Positions 26,002-36,421 of a stretch of DNA of 55,241 nt are shown piece by piece. Every line of letters starts with the position of its first letter. Within the stretch, counting starts at the first letter, position 1. Both the position numbers and the translations under genes were made by a program. This DNA is from a virus (Duplodnaviria; Caudoviricetes): IMG/VR virus record IMGVR_UViG_3300032282_001003, positions 1-55,241 of that record; one strand, written 5' to 3'. Below the pieces are notes generated by a model. It saw nothing but the letters and a program-made list of their open reading frames with translations, did no database searches and had not been told where the DNA came from.

Positions 26002-26712
26002 ATGGCTCTTGTACTAGCAGATCGGGTTAAAGAAACTACCACTACGACTGGTACGGGTACTGTTACGCTCCTTGGAGCTTCCACAGGCTATCAGTCTTTT
26101 GCGGCGATAGGCAACGCCAATACAACGTACTACACAATTGCAGGACAAACTACCTCTGAGTGGGAAGTTGGCATTGGTACATATACATCTTCGGGGACAA
26201 CCCTATCCCGTGATACTGTGCTGGCTTCCAGCAACAGCGGCTCGCTTGTTACATTTTCAGCCGGAACCAAGGATGTATTTGTCACCTACCCGGCAGGGCG
26301 CTCAGTCTATGCCAATGGCACGGTACTTACAGCATCCAATAGCTCCATCTTACCTGCCACCAGTGGCGGTACAGGGCTTAGTTCCCCCGGTACAGCCGGT
26401 AATGTTTTAACGTCCAACGGATCAGCTTGGACTTCTTCTGCTCCAAGTGGCAGCGCATATACCCGGACATCATTTACAGCTACGGCGGGACAGACAGCAT
26501 TTACGGTAACCTATGCGGTGGGCTATCTCCAAGTCTATGTAAACGGTGTTTTGCTGGCTACTTCGGATTACACTGCTACCAGCGGCACGGGTTTTACCCT
26601 TGGAGTTGCCTGTTCGGTAGGCGACATCGTAGAGGCATTGGTCATCACAACCTCGGTAGTTGGCGTAACCACTGGCAAAAGCATCGCAATGGCACTTATT
26701 TTCGGGTATTGA
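26002..26712 (+). CDS. tail fibre-related protein
   Basis: LADRVKETTTTTGTG, WEVGIG, FSAGTKDVFVT; GGTG fibre repeat; FTATAGQT.F...VYVNGV module. Confidence 0.75.
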   Translation: MALVLADRVKETTTTTGTGTVTLLGASTGYQSFAAIGNANTTYYTIAGQTTSEWEVGIGTYTSSGTTLSRDTVLASSNSGSLVTFSAGTKDVFVTYPAGRSVYANGTVLTASNSSILPATSGGTGLSSPGTAGNVLTSNGSAWTSSAPSGSAYTRTSFTATAGQTAFTVTYAVGYLQVYVNGVLLATSDYTATSGTGFTLGVACSVGDIVEALVITTSVVGVTTGKSIAMALIFGY

Positions 26713-26721
26713 GGAACAAGC

Positions 26722-27114
26722 ATGGCAAATCCAAATATAGTCAACGTAAGCGCGATTTACGGCACCACAACCTACTACACGCCGACCGGAACGACTGCGG
26801 TGGTCTTGGTAGCCAATGCTGCCGCTTCAAATACTGTCTACAAAATTGACAATGTGGTTGCTGCAAACGTAACCGGCACCACTGCTAACGCCACGGTATC
26901 CATCTATACCAATGGTGCTGTTGCACAGGGTTCTGCGCCATCCGGCGGTACGGCATACCCAATCATCTACCAAGTCCCTGTTCCAGCCAACGCGGCTGTT
27001 GTGGTGGTGGATAAAAGCACGGCGTTTTACTTGCAAGAAGGTACGTCTATTTCCATTACATCTGGTACTGCCAACGCTATTACCTTTACAACGTCTTACG
27101 AGGCGATCAGCTAA
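26722..27114 (+). CDS. tail fibre-associated small beta protein
   Basis: MANPNIVNV...VPANA...YLQEG...SYEAIS. Confidence 0.7.
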   Translation: MANPNIVNVSAIYGTTTYYTPTGTTAVVLVANAAASNTVYKIDNVVAANVTGTTANATVSIYTNGAVAQGSAPSGGTAYPIIYQVPVPANAAVVVVDKSTAFYLQEGTSISITSGTANAITFTTSYEAIS

Positions 27115-28628
27115 TGTCTACTCGCTACAAGGGTTCGCTCCTATCCTCCACTGCTGCTACATCGTCTAGCACGGCAGCGGTTGGGCTTTGGAAACAAACC
27201 GAAGTAGCGCAGCTTATTGGCTCTGCTTGGTATGTCAATGATCCTAGCTGGTCTAGCGTTGCTATGCTGCTTCATGGTGATGGTACGGGCGGCACACAAA
27301 ACAACACTGTTGTTGATAGCAGCGCCAATGCAATTGCAATAACCAGAAACAGTACCGCTACTCAAGGCACAGTAAGCCCCTTTGGCTCGACGGCTCCTTA
27401 CACAACTACTAATGGCGCTAGCGGCTTCTTTAACGGCACTTCAGACTATCTTACCGTCACAGCCAACACGGTATTTAGCTTTACCACTGGTGACTTCACA
27501 TGGGAGTGCTGGCTTTACCCCACCGCTTTTGGTGCGGCTGCTGGGTCAACGATTGACTTTTGGAGCAATGCCAGCGGCTCTTATATTGTTGGTCAATGTC
27601 AACTGCAAGTAAACACGACTGGTACGGTTCAGTTTTATTACGCTACTACTACCTCTGCTTTTACAAGCATAGTAACAACGACAACCCTGTCTTTGAACAC
27701 TTGGGCTCACATAGCTGTTGTTCGTTCAGGCTCTGGTACTGGCAACCTTAAGATTTACATCAACGGAGTTTCCAGCGCAACAAGCGCGGGTGCGGTAACG
27801 CAAAACATGGGCAGCACCGGAACGGGGTCAATTGGTAGGCAAACCAATATCACTGCTACGTCTTATTTCTTCACGGGCTATATTTCAAACGTTCGGGTTG
27901 TCAAAGGTGTAGCTGTCTATACCGGAGCTTTCACTGTACCAACATCACCCCTTGCGTCAACCCAAAGCGCAGGGACAAATATTTCTGCCATCACCGGAAC
28001 CCAAACATCATTATTGCTTAGCTTTACCAATGCCAACGTAATTGATAACGCAATGCAAAGCGACTTGGTTACCGCCGGTAGCGCACAGATTTCTGGTGCG
28101 TATAAGTATGGCACTGGCTCGGTGTACTTTAACGGAACAAATAGTTATTTGCTTAACAGCAATACTGCAACCGGCGCTTTTGGTTCTAGCGATTTTACGG
28201 TTGAGTTTTGGTTGCTTGCAAATGCATTGCCTTCAGTATCAGCGCAACTATATGACACGCGACCAGCCTCAACAAATGGCTTGTATACGTTAATTTATTT
28301 AAGCAGCGACGGCACTATTCGTTTGTATGTTAGCTCTGCCGATAGGATAACAAGCACTGCTATATCTGTTGGCACTTGGTACCATGTTGCAGTTTGCAAA
28401 AGTAGTGGCTCAACCCGCATGTTTATTAACGGCGTACAAGCAGGCTCTACCTATACAGACGCTAACACATATATTTCTTCGTATAGTTTTATTGGGGCGT
28501 CTTATTCTGGTGCGGCGTCAGTATCAAACTTCTTCAATGGCTTTATTGATGATTTCCGCATTACCAAAGGTGTTGCTAGGTACACAGCAACCTTTACGCC
28601 GCCCCAGCAAGCGTTCCCTAACCAGTAA
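27114..28628 (+). CDS. receptor-binding protein with two LamG/concanavalin A-like domains
   Basis: twice DFT(W/V)ExW...WxH(I/V)AV...(Y/F)ING...GxIxxxRxxKGVAxY. Confidence 0.85.
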   Translation: MSTRYKGSLLSSTAATSSSTAAVGLWKQTEVAQLIGSAWYVNDPSWSSVAMLLHGDGTGGTQNNTVVDSSANAIAITRNSTATQGTVSPFGSTAPYTTTNGASGFFNGTSDYLTVTANTVFSFTTGDFTWECWLYPTAFGAAAGSTIDFWSNASGSYIVGQCQLQVNTTGTVQFYYATTTSAFTSIVTTTTLSLNTWAHIAVVRSGSGTGNLKIYINGVSSATSAGAVTQNMGSTGTGSIGRQTNITATSYFFTGYISNVRVVKGVAVYTGAFTVPTSPLASTQSAGTNISAITGTQTSLLLSFTNANVIDNAMQSDLVTAGSAQISGAYKYGTGSVYFNGTNSYLLNSNTATGAFGSSDFTVEFWLLANALPSVSAQLYDTRPASTNGLYTLIYLSSDGTIRLYVSSADRITSTAISVGTWYHVAVCKSSGSTRMFINGVQAGSTYTDANTYISSYSFIGASYSGAASVSNFFNGFIDDFRITKGVARYTATFTPPQQAFPNQ

Positions 28629-28636
28629 AAACTGCC

Positions 28637-29011
28637 ATGAGCATCCCACGCAACCTATCATTTTTTGCTCAAGATACCAGCACCACTGGTGCCGTTATCC
28701 CACGGGTATTGGCAAGCACTGCAAATAGTGCAACACCTACGCTGAACACCGATAACTACGACATGATGGTAATCACGGGCCAAACCGTAGCCATTACATC
28801 GTTCACCACCAACCTTACCGGCACACCCACAAACGGGCAGAAGCTGTGGATTTCGATCACGGGTACCGGCGCCATCGCCATCACTTGGGGCGCGTCGTTT
28901 GAATCATCCACAGTAACTTTGCCAACAACAACGGTCACCACGGCGCGCTTGGACGTGGGTTTTGTTTGGAACGTGGCGACCAGCAAATGGCGTTGCGTAG
29001 CATCTGCGTAA
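28637..29011 (+). CDS. tail fibre tip-like protein
   Basis: LTGTPTNGQKL...AITW...LPTTT...KWRCVA. Confidence 0.65.
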   Translation: MSIPRNLSFFAQDTSTTGAVIPRVLASTANSATPTLNTDNYDMMVITGQTVAITSFTTNLTGTPTNGQKLWISITGTGAIAITWGASFESSTVTLPTTTVTTARLDVGFVWNVATSKWRCVASA

Positions 29012-29021
29012 GGGGCGTAGC

Positions 29022-29183
29022 ATGGTAAGCATTGAGTTTGAATTTGAAACCCAATACGGCACGTTTCGTGATGCCTTAGTACTGCCTGATGACCACGGCT
29101 TTAGTGACGCCGAGCTTGATGCTATGAAACAGCAGCGTCTGGATAACTGGATTGCTCGTGTTACACCCCCCGCCGAGGAATAA
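29022..29183 (+). CDS. small acidic protein, 53 aa (possible fibre chaperone)
   Basis: translated by hand: MVSIEFEFETQYGTFRDALVLPDDH...RLDNW; fills the gap exactly. Confidence 0.7.
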   Translation: MVSIEFEFETQYGTFRDALVLPDDHGFSDAELDAMKQQRLDNWIARVTPPAEE

Positions 29184-29186
29184 AGC

Positions 29187-30902
29187 ATGGCAAATCGTTA
29201 TTGGGTCGGCGGGGCTGGTATATGGAACACTACTGCTACAACTCATTGGAGCGCTACTTCAGGTGGTGCTAGTGGCGCATCTGTCCCTACCGCAGCAGAT
29301 TCCGTTTTCTTCGATCAAGCAGCAACCTATACAGTAACTTGTACTGGGGCGTTGACTTGCCTCGATTTCACAGTATCCGCAGGAACAGTTACTTTTACGG
29401 ATGGTACAACACCTACTTTCGCCATAAGCGGAAGCATGAGTTTAGTCGCTGCAACTGTTTGGAACAGCGTAGTGGTAGTTACATTTAATGCCACATCTAC
29501 AGGAAAAACTATTACAACCAACGGTGTTGTTTTTAATGGAACTGTTATTTTTAATGGGGTCGGAGGGGGGTGGACGCTCGGTAGTGCATTCAACCCTGCA
29601 TCCGTTACGTTTACCAATGGTACTTTTAGCACTGGTAACTTTGCTTTAAGCTCACAACTTCATATTACAAATTCGGGCACTGGAACAAACTCGGTTTCTT
29701 TGGGTAGCTCGGCAGTAACCGTTGTTACTAATTGGGAATTTTCAAATACAACTGGGCTAACTTTTAACGCTGGAACGTCAACAATATCTTTAGCAGTAAA
29801 TAGAACTTTTAATGGTGGTGGGTTAACTTACAGTACGTTGAGTGCCCCGTCTTTAGGTAGTGGGTCGCTTACGATTAACGGCGCCAATACTTTCACTAAC
29901 TTTTCTGCTTCTGGAGCTACTGGTGGAACTTTATTAAACATTTCGTTTAGCGCAGACCAAACTGTTACGGGAACTCTTACTGCAACTGGCACATCCACTA
30001 ATAACAGATTGTTTTTGCGATCTAGCGCTATTGGTACTCCAAGAACATTTACTGTTGCCGCAATATCTTTATCCAATGTGGATTTCCGTGATATTACCGC
30101 AGCAGGTGCAGCGGGAACTTGGTCTGGCACTTCATTTGGTGACTGTGGGGGTAATACAAATATCACTTTCCCAGCCGCAAAAACAGTTTATTGGAATCTT
30201 GCTGGCGCACAAAACTGGTCGGCAACTGGCTGGGCTACATCATCGGGTGGTGCACCCGCCGCTGCTAACTTTCCATTGCCGCAAGATACTGCTGTTTTTG
30301 ACAATACAGGCAGCGTAACTGGAACCATAACAATTAATAGGGCGTGGAACTTAGGAACAGTTAATATGTCTGCGAGAACGACCGCAATGACATTTTCAAC
30401 TGGTTCGGTGCCAATTGTTTATGGATCATGGTTTAACGGCAGTGGTGTTACTCCTAGTGGAACTGGTGATATTACTTTCTCTGGCAGAACTACGCAGCAA
30501 TTAACAAGTGCGGGTAAAACATTTACGCAGTCAATTGCAGTTGATAACTTATCTGGAATAGTCCAATGCAATGATGCTTTAACGCTAGATGTAACTAGGT
30601 CGTTAACGATCTACTCCGGTACATTAAAACTGTTTGCAGGGGTTACAAGTACGGTAGGTTCTTTTGCCACATCAGGCACAACCCTAAAGTATTTACAAAG
30701 TACCACTGCGGGAACACAAGCGACCATATCTGATGCAAGCGGCACTAATTCTGTAACCTATCTTTATATCAAAGACTCCAATGCAACTGGTGGGGCAACT
30801 TGGAGTGCTTCTGGTACAGGTAACGTAAATGCTGGTAATAATACTGGGTGGACTGGGCTACCTGCTTCAACTACCGGCAATTTCTTTTTTATGTTCAACT
30901 AG
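29187..30902 (+). CDS. beta-solenoid adhesin-like structural protein with internal duplication
   Basis: two copies of YW...W..TSGG...P...D...FD; Thr/Gly/Ser-rich. Confidence 0.7.
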   Translation: MANRYWVGGAGIWNTTATTHWSATSGGASGASVPTAADSVFFDQAATYTVTCTGALTCLDFTVSAGTVTFTDGTTPTFAISGSMSLVAATVWNSVVVVTFNATSTGKTITTNGVVFNGTVIFNGVGGGWTLGSAFNPASVTFTNGTFSTGNFALSSQLHITNSGTGTNSVSLGSSAVTVVTNWEFSNTTGLTFNAGTSTISLAVNRTFNGGGLTYSTLSAPSLGSGSLTINGANTFTNFSASGATGGTLLNISFSADQTVTGTLTATGTSTNNRLFLRSSAIGTPRTFTVAAISLSNVDFRDITAAGAAGTWSGTSFGDCGGNTNITFPAAKTVYWNLAGAQNWSATGWATSSGGAPAAANFPLPQDTAVFDNTGSVTGTITINRAWNLGTVNMSARTTAMTFSTGSVPIVYGSWFNGSGVTPSGTGDITFSGRTTQQLTSAGKTFTQSIAVDNLSGIVQCNDALTLDVTRSLTIYSGTLKLFAGVTSTVGSFATSGTTLKYLQSTTAGTQATISDASGTNSVTYLYIKDSNATGGATWSASGTGNVNAGNNTGWTGLPASTTGNFFFMFN

Positions 30903-30939
30903 CTAAAATCGTGGAACAACCCCACAGTAAGGAAACCTT

Positions 30940-32676
30940 ATGGCAGTCAACTACACAACCAACCTGTCCCTCGGTCAGCCGGTAACCGGCACGGAGTCCG
31001 GCACTTGGGGCGATGACGTGAACAACGCTGTCACGTCCTACTTGGACATCGCCATCTCGGGCTCACTAGCGCTCACCTCGGCGTCTTTCACGGCCAACGC
31101 ACTGACACTTACCAATACGCAGGGCACAAGTTCGGCTACCAACATTGGTGCTACCACGGCGCAGTACTACGCGCTCAGGGTAAGTTCTTTGGCTGCAAAC
31201 GTGACCATCACAGCGCCCAGCGTGAGCAAAGTCTATTTGGTAGTCAACTCGGACTCGACCTACTCGGCCACCGTTAAGGCGTCTGGGCAGTCTGGGGTTG
31301 CTGTTGCTGCTGGCGAAAAAGCTCTTGTGTATTTCAACGGCACGGACTACATCAAAGTCGCGTCTACTGTAATCACAAACCTGACAGGCACACTTGCGGC
31401 CACCAACGGCGGAACAGGACAGTCCAGCTATGCAGTTGGTGATCTAGTGTACGCCTCCACTACTACGGCTCTGTCCAAGCTGGCTGATGTAGCCACGGGT
31501 AACGCCCTCATTTCTGGTGGAGTGGGCGTTGCGCCCAGCTACGGCAAAATCGGCTTAACCACCCATGTTTCAGGCACATTGCCTATCGCCAACGGCGGAA
31601 CCAACTCCACTGCAACGCCAACCAACGGTGGTATCACCTACGGAACGGGAACAGCCCAAGCATATTCCGCCGCCGGTACTTCAGGTCAAATCCTAACCAG
31701 CGCTGGCGCAGCAGCACCTACATGGAGCGCCGTCACTGGCACTGGCTCGGTGGTTAAGGCTACAAGCCCAACGATTGCTACGGCAACGCTGACTGGCGCT
31801 AGCACTATTCAAGGGTTGACCGTTGGTCTTGGCGCAGGCGCAGTGTCCACCAACACCGCGTTTGGTACATCTGCATTAGCAGCAAACTCCAGCGGAGATT
31901 TGAATGTTGCTGTTGGATACGAAGCGCTGCTTTCTAATGGCACTGGGCAAAACCAAGTTGCTGTAGGGTATGGCGCGTTAAGGCTCGCCACCTCTGGTAG
32001 ATATAGTGTTGCCGTTGGATTTGCCACGCTTGTAACTGCCACAACTGCTGAAAACAATGTTGCTGTTGGGGCTTTTGCGTTAAATAATGCTACGGGCGGT
32101 ACTAACACCGCTATTGGGGATACGGCACTTTCTGGCGTCACCTCTGGACAGGGGAATACGGCCCTTGGGTATATTTCGGGCAGTCAAATTACCACCGGCT
32201 CTTATAACGTAGTGCTTGGTGGCTACAACGGCGCTACCGCCCCTATTTCTGGAACAGGTAGCAACTGGATTGTTCTTAGTGATGGCGCGGGTAATGTCCG
32301 GCAAGCTATTGATTCCGCAGGTAACGCTACGTTTGGCACAGGTGCTGTGGTGGTCTACGCTCCAGCCCCTGCGTCAATTAGCACCACTGCTACCCTGACC
32401 AACGCCAACCTGCAAGCGCAGCTTATCAATACAACCGGTACTTCCTACACGGTGACCATGCCTACGGGCAGCACACTGGACACCTTGGTTACTTGGTACA
32501 AAGTTGATACTGGTTTTGACTTCTCAATCATTAACACGGCTTCCGGCACGGTTACGTTGGCTGTAAATACAGGCGTGACAAATTTGGGTGCGCTAGGAGT
32601 TGGCTCTGGTAATTCGGCTAGGTTCCGTATTCGCCGTACCGCTGCCAGCACCTACGTGATCTACCGTATTACTTAA
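30940..32676 (+). CDS. tail fibre protein
   Basis: N-terminal ESGTWG anchor; GTLxxxNGGT repeats; NxAxGxxAL head repeats. Confidence 0.8.
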   Translation: MAVNYTTNLSLGQPVTGTESGTWGDDVNNAVTSYLDIAISGSLALTSASFTANALTLTNTQGTSSATNIGATTAQYYALRVSSLAANVTITAPSVSKVYLVVNSDSTYSATVKASGQSGVAVAAGEKALVYFNGTDYIKVASTVITNLTGTLAATNGGTGQSSYAVGDLVYASTTTALSKLADVATGNALISGGVGVAPSYGKIGLTTHVSGTLPIANGGTNSTATPTNGGITYGTGTAQAYSAAGTSGQILTSAGAAAPTWSAVTGTGSVVKATSPTIATATLTGASTIQGLTVGLGAGAVSTNTAFGTSALAANSSGDLNVAVGYEALLSNGTGQNQVAVGYGALRLATSGRYSVAVGFATLVTATTAENNVAVGAFALNNATGGTNTAIGDTALSGVTSGQGNTALGYISGSQITTGSYNVVLGGYNGATAPISGTGSNWIVLSDGAGNVRQAIDSAGNATFGTGAVVVYAPAPASISTTATLTNANLQAQLINTTGTSYTVTMPTGSTLDTLVTWYKVDTGFDFSIINTASGTVTLAVNTGVTNLGALGVGSGNSARFRIRRTAASTYVIYRIT

Positions 32677-32689
32677 TGGGCAAGTAGTC

Positions 32690-33160
32690 ATGATCGACCC
32701 GATCACCGCTTTCGCTACGGCCCAAGCGGCGGTCAAGGGGGTAAAAGCCGCCATTGCACTGGGCAAAGACATACAGGCAGTCTCTGGCGACTTGATGAAG
32801 TTTTTCGAGGCCAAGGACGTAGTACAGAAAGCTGCGTCCAAGCCAAAGAGCAGTTTTGCCAAGTCGGACACGGCGCAGGCGTTTGAGATTGTGATGCAGG
32901 CCAAGCATCTTGCAGATGCAGAGCGGGAGTTGAACAACTACTTTGTTATGTCGGGTAACGCCGACCTCTGGCAGCAGTTGCTGATTGAGCGCAACAGGAT
33001 CATCCAAGACCGCAAGGCGCAGGAGATACTGGACGAGAAGAACGCCAAAAAGAAAAAGGAAGAGATGGAAGACTTCCTGACTTGGTTGATAGCCGGGGCG
33101 TTGGTGATTTTGCTGTTGAGTATGTGTTACTGGTGGCTGACACTTTTGATGGAGAAATAG
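32690..33160 (+). CDS. hypothetical protein with C-terminal TM helix (lysis-adjacent)
   Basis: MIDPITAFATA...; LTWLIAGALVILLLSMCYWW. Confidence 0.7.
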   Translation: MIDPITAFATAQAAVKGVKAAIALGKDIQAVSGDLMKFFEAKDVVQKAASKPKSSFAKSDTAQAFEIVMQAKHLADAERELNNYFVMSGNADLWQQLLIERNRIIQDRKAQEILDEKNAKKKKEEMEDFLTWLIAGALVILLLSMCYWWLTLLMEK

Positions 33161-33673
33161 ATGATTCCTTTAGTTGCATCCCTGCTGGGTACGCTGGCCG
33201 AAAACGGCCTTGGGCTGCTGTCTTCCGCCATCCAAGCCAAGGGCAAGGAAGTAGTCGAAAGCACCTTTGGCGTAAAAATCCCTGACGCTCCCACCCCTGA
33301 AGACGTGGCCAAGCTGCGCCAACTTCAGTACGACCACGAAGAGCGCTTGATCGAACTGGGCATCCAGAAAGCCAAGCAGGACTTGGAAACCCTAAAGGTT
33401 TTTGCCCAAGCCGCCCAGAACGAGGACAACAACGTCTCTGACCGTTGGAAAGCAGACATGTCGTCCGACTCTTGGCTGTCCAAAAACATCCGCCCCTTGA
33501 GCCTTGTGGCCATTTTTGTGGGCTACTTTCTGTTCGCCATGATGTCGGCCTTTGGTCTAAACGCCAACCAGTCTTACGTCACCCTGCTTGGAAACTGGGG
33601 TATGCTGATAATGAGTGCGTACTTTGGCGGCAGGACGATTGAGAAACTGGCCGAAATGAGGAGCCCAAAATGA
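33161..33673 (+). CDS. holin (3TM holin-type)
   Basis: RWKADMSSDSWLSKNIRP...YFGGRTIEK with TM helices; upstream of the endolysin. Confidence 0.8.
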   Translation: MIPLVASLLGTLAENGLGLLSSAIQAKGKEVVESTFGVKIPDAPTPEDVAKLRQLQYDHEERLIELGIQKAKQDLETLKVFAQAAQNEDNNVSDRWKADMSSDSWLSKNIRPLSLVAIFVGYFLFAMMSAFGLNANQSYVTLLGNWGMLIMSAYFGGRTIEKLAEMRSPK

Positions 33674-34008
33674 GCCTTAGCCAAGAGCAAGCAGCGTTCC
33701 TGCTGGATATGTGCAAGCTGATTCAGCACGCCACCGAGCAAGGTTTTGTGGTCACTGGCGGGGAGTTGGCCCGTACCCCGGAGCAGCAGGCTATATACTT
33801 CAAAACAGGGCGCTCCAAGACGATGGACTCCATCCACCTGAAAAGGTGCGCCATTGACTTGAACTTCTTCAAGGACGGGAAGATAATCTGGGACAAGGCC
33901 GTCCTTGCTCCGTTGGGGGCATACTGGGAGTCGCTGAACCCCAAAAACCGTTGGGGCGGCAATTTCAAGTCCTTGGTGGATTGCCCGCATTTTGAGAGAA
34001 ATGTCTAA
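33670..34008 (+). CDS. endolysin, M15 family (L-Ala-D-Glu-type) peptidase
   Basis: RTPEQQ, SIH...AID, WGG, DCPHFE zinc-peptidase motifs. Confidence 0.88.
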   Translation: MSLSQEQAAFLLDMCKLIQHATEQGFVVTGGELARTPEQQAIYFKTGRSKTMDSIHLKRCAIDLNFFKDGKIIWDKAVLAPLGAYWESLNPKNRWGGNFKSLVDCPHFERNV

Positions 34009-34017
34009 GGACAAACG

Positions 34018-36117
34018 ATGCCGCTACAGAAACTGACGCTCAAGCCGGGGGTTAACCGGGAAAACACTCGGTACACCAACGAAGGCGGTTGGTACGAGTC
34101 CGACAAGGTGCGGTTTCGCCAAGGCACGCCCGAGAAAATCGGCGGCTGGTTGCGTATTTCTGCAAACACATTTGCAGGCTATTGCCGCTCTTTGTGGAAC
34201 TGGGTGACTTTGGCAGGGCAGAATCTGCTTGGTGTCGGCACTTCAGTTAAGTTCTATATTGAAAACGGCGGCGCATACTACGACATTACCCCCATCCGCG
34301 CAGAAAACACACTGACCAATCCGTTTACCACTGACACAGCTACTAACGCTGGCGGTTATACAACGGTAACGGTAACAGCAACTGCGGGCTTTGCCAATGG
34401 CGATTACGTCACTTTTTACGGCGGCTCGGCGGTTGGTGGTGTTACGGTATCCGGTGAGTACCAGCTTACCTATTTAACTGCGGTTACATACACAATCCAA
34501 GTTTCCGGTACTGCGTCCTCAAACGCGACTGGCGGCGGCACTGTTTACGCTGTCTACCAAGTCACCACAGGTTCTGCTACGTATGTTCCCGTAGTTGGGT
34601 GGGGCGCAAGCACTTGGGGTAATGGTGTTTGGGGTGTTGGCGGGACTGTTACACCTTCTAATGCGGGTATCCGTATTTGGAACCAAACTAACTGGGGCCA
34701 AAACCTTATATATGGCCCGCGTGGATTTCCTTTGTACTACTGGGATGCAGCCATAGGGTACCAAAACACAACGGTAACGATGACAATCGCATCTCCATGC
34801 GTTGTCACATGCAGCCTTGGCTTGCTTGACGGGACTCCAATTACGCTTTCTACAACCGGCGCACTACCAACGGGGTTGTTGCCGGGGACTACGTACTACG
34901 TCAAGTATTTAACTGCCAGCACGTTCAACCTTGCAGCGACTTCTGGCGGAGCAGCGATTAACACATCGGGTACGCAGTCAGGCACGCAGTCTGTTTCTCC
35001 GCGTGGCGTATTGCTGTCCAGCCTTGCTGGGTCTGATGGTTATTGCCCGCTGTACCAAAATACCTTTACCGTATCTGATGCCAGCCGGTTCTTGATCGTG
35101 TTTGGCACGAATGACTACGGTAGCACTACGTTAGACCCCATGCTGATTCGCTGGTCGGATCAGGAGTCTTTGACCACATGGTACCCAGCAATTACCAATC
35201 AGGCGGGTAGTGTTCGCCTGTCGCATGGTTCCGAAATCGTTACCACTTTACAAAGCCGCCAAGAAATCGTGGTGTGGACGGATTCATCCCTGTATTCCCT
35301 GCAATACCTCGGCCCGCCCTACGTGTGGGGTACACAGCTTCTTGCAGACAATGTATCCATCATTGGCCCCAATGCCGCTGTCATGGCTTCTGGCGTCAGC
35401 TACTGGATGGGTGTGGACAAGTTCTACAAATACGACGGACGGGTTCAAACCCTGCGCTGTGACCTGCGCCAGTACATCTACAGCGACATAAATTTAGCGC
35501 AGGCGGAGCAGGTATTTGGCAGCACCAACGAAGGCTTCAACGAGGTTTGGTGGTTCTACTGCTCATCAACCAGTAGTACGATAGATAAGTACGTTATCTA
35601 CAACTATGTCGAAGATATTTGGCAGTATGGTTCGATGGCACGCACAGCTTGGTTGGACTCCGGCCTGCGCGATTACCCGCTTGCCGCCACTTACAGCAAC
35701 AATATCGTTGAGCACGAAAACGGCGTGGACGACGGAACGCTGTCTCCAGCGACGGCCATTGAGGCATCCATCACATCTTCCCAATACGACATTGGGGACG
35801 GGCACAACTTTGCGTTTGTGTACCGCATGCTGCCTGACCTGACTTTCCGTGGATCGACTGGCGGCACAACGCCCGCTGTCACCATGTACCTGCAAGGGCT
35901 GAATAACTCCGGCTCGGGCATCACTCAGTCTGGCAATGCTGGTGTTACATACAACGGCCCGGCCCCCTCGGTCATCAACGTCGATGAGTTCACGGGGCAG
36001 GTGTACATCCGTATCCGTGGTCGCCAAATGCAAATGAAAATTACCTCCAACACACTCGGCACGCAGTGGCAGCTTGGCGCTCCCCGTATCGACATCAGGC
36101 CGGACGGCAGACGCTAA
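34018..36117 (+). CDS. tail nozzle/stabilisation protein (P22 gp10/T7 gp12-like) with inserted domains
   Basis: KPGVNRE...VRFR.G.PEKIGGW, IRWSDQE, NQAG, EVWWFY, RTAW, DGRR terminus. Confidence 0.75.
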   Translation: MPLQKLTLKPGVNRENTRYTNEGGWYESDKVRFRQGTPEKIGGWLRISANTFAGYCRSLWNWVTLAGQNLLGVGTSVKFYIENGGAYYDITPIRAENTLTNPFTTDTATNAGGYTTVTVTATAGFANGDYVTFYGGSAVGGVTVSGEYQLTYLTAVTYTIQVSGTASSNATGGGTVYAVYQVTTGSATYVPVVGWGASTWGNGVWGVGGTVTPSNAGIRIWNQTNWGQNLIYGPRGFPLYYWDAAIGYQNTTVTMTIASPCVVTCSLGLLDGTPITLSTTGALPTGLLPGTTYYVKYLTASTFNLAATSGGAAINTSGTQSGTQSVSPRGVLLSSLAGSDGYCPLYQNTFTVSDASRFLIVFGTNDYGSTTLDPMLIRWSDQESLTTWYPAITNQAGSVRLSHGSEIVTTLQSRQEIVVWTDSSLYSLQYLGPPYVWGTQLLADNVSIIGPNAAVMASGVSYWMGVDKFYKYDGRVQTLRCDLRQYIYSDINLAQAEQVFGSTNEGFNEVWWFYCSSTSSTIDKYVIYNYVEDIWQYGSMARTAWLDSGLRDYPLAATYSNNIVEHENGVDDGTLSPATAIEASITSSQYDIGDGHNFAFVYRMLPDLTFRGSTGGTTPAVTMYLQGLNNSGSGITQSGNAGVTYNGPAPSVINVDEFTGQVYIRIRGRQMQMKITSNTLGTQWQLGAPRIDIRPDGRR

Positions 36118-36118
36118 C

Positions 36119-36421
36119 ATGGCACAGAAGAACGTAGTAGCCCCCAAATTTCCTGCGGCGATAGGGGATAAGTATGACCCCGCTCTTATAAATCAGATAA
36201 CAAACATATTGCGGCTGTACTTTAACCAGCTAGACAATCCGGGGCCAATGGTAGGAAGCACCCAAGTAAACGGCACAGATATTGTTTCCGGACTTAGTTT
36301 TTTCCCCACGGGGAACTCAACAACCCCCAGCCTGCCAACGGAAGCAAATTTAGCCAATTTGCGGGTGGGGGATATATACTATGACACATCGGCTAACAAC
36401 GTTTTGAAAGTAAAAACATGA
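36119..36421 (+). CDS. small tail-associated protein
   Basis: LRLYFNQLD motif; between the nozzle and ejection genes. Confidence 0.7.
   Translation: MAQKNVVAPKFPAAIGDKYDPALINQITNILRLYFNQLDNPGPMVGSTQVNGTDIVSGLSFFPTGNSTTPSLPTEANLANLRVGDIYYDTSANNVLKVKT

Noticed and set aside
27114-32676. Diversity-generating retroelement acting on fibre genes
   Set aside because: No reverse transcriptase and no adenine-mismatched template/variable repeat pair seen in the window.
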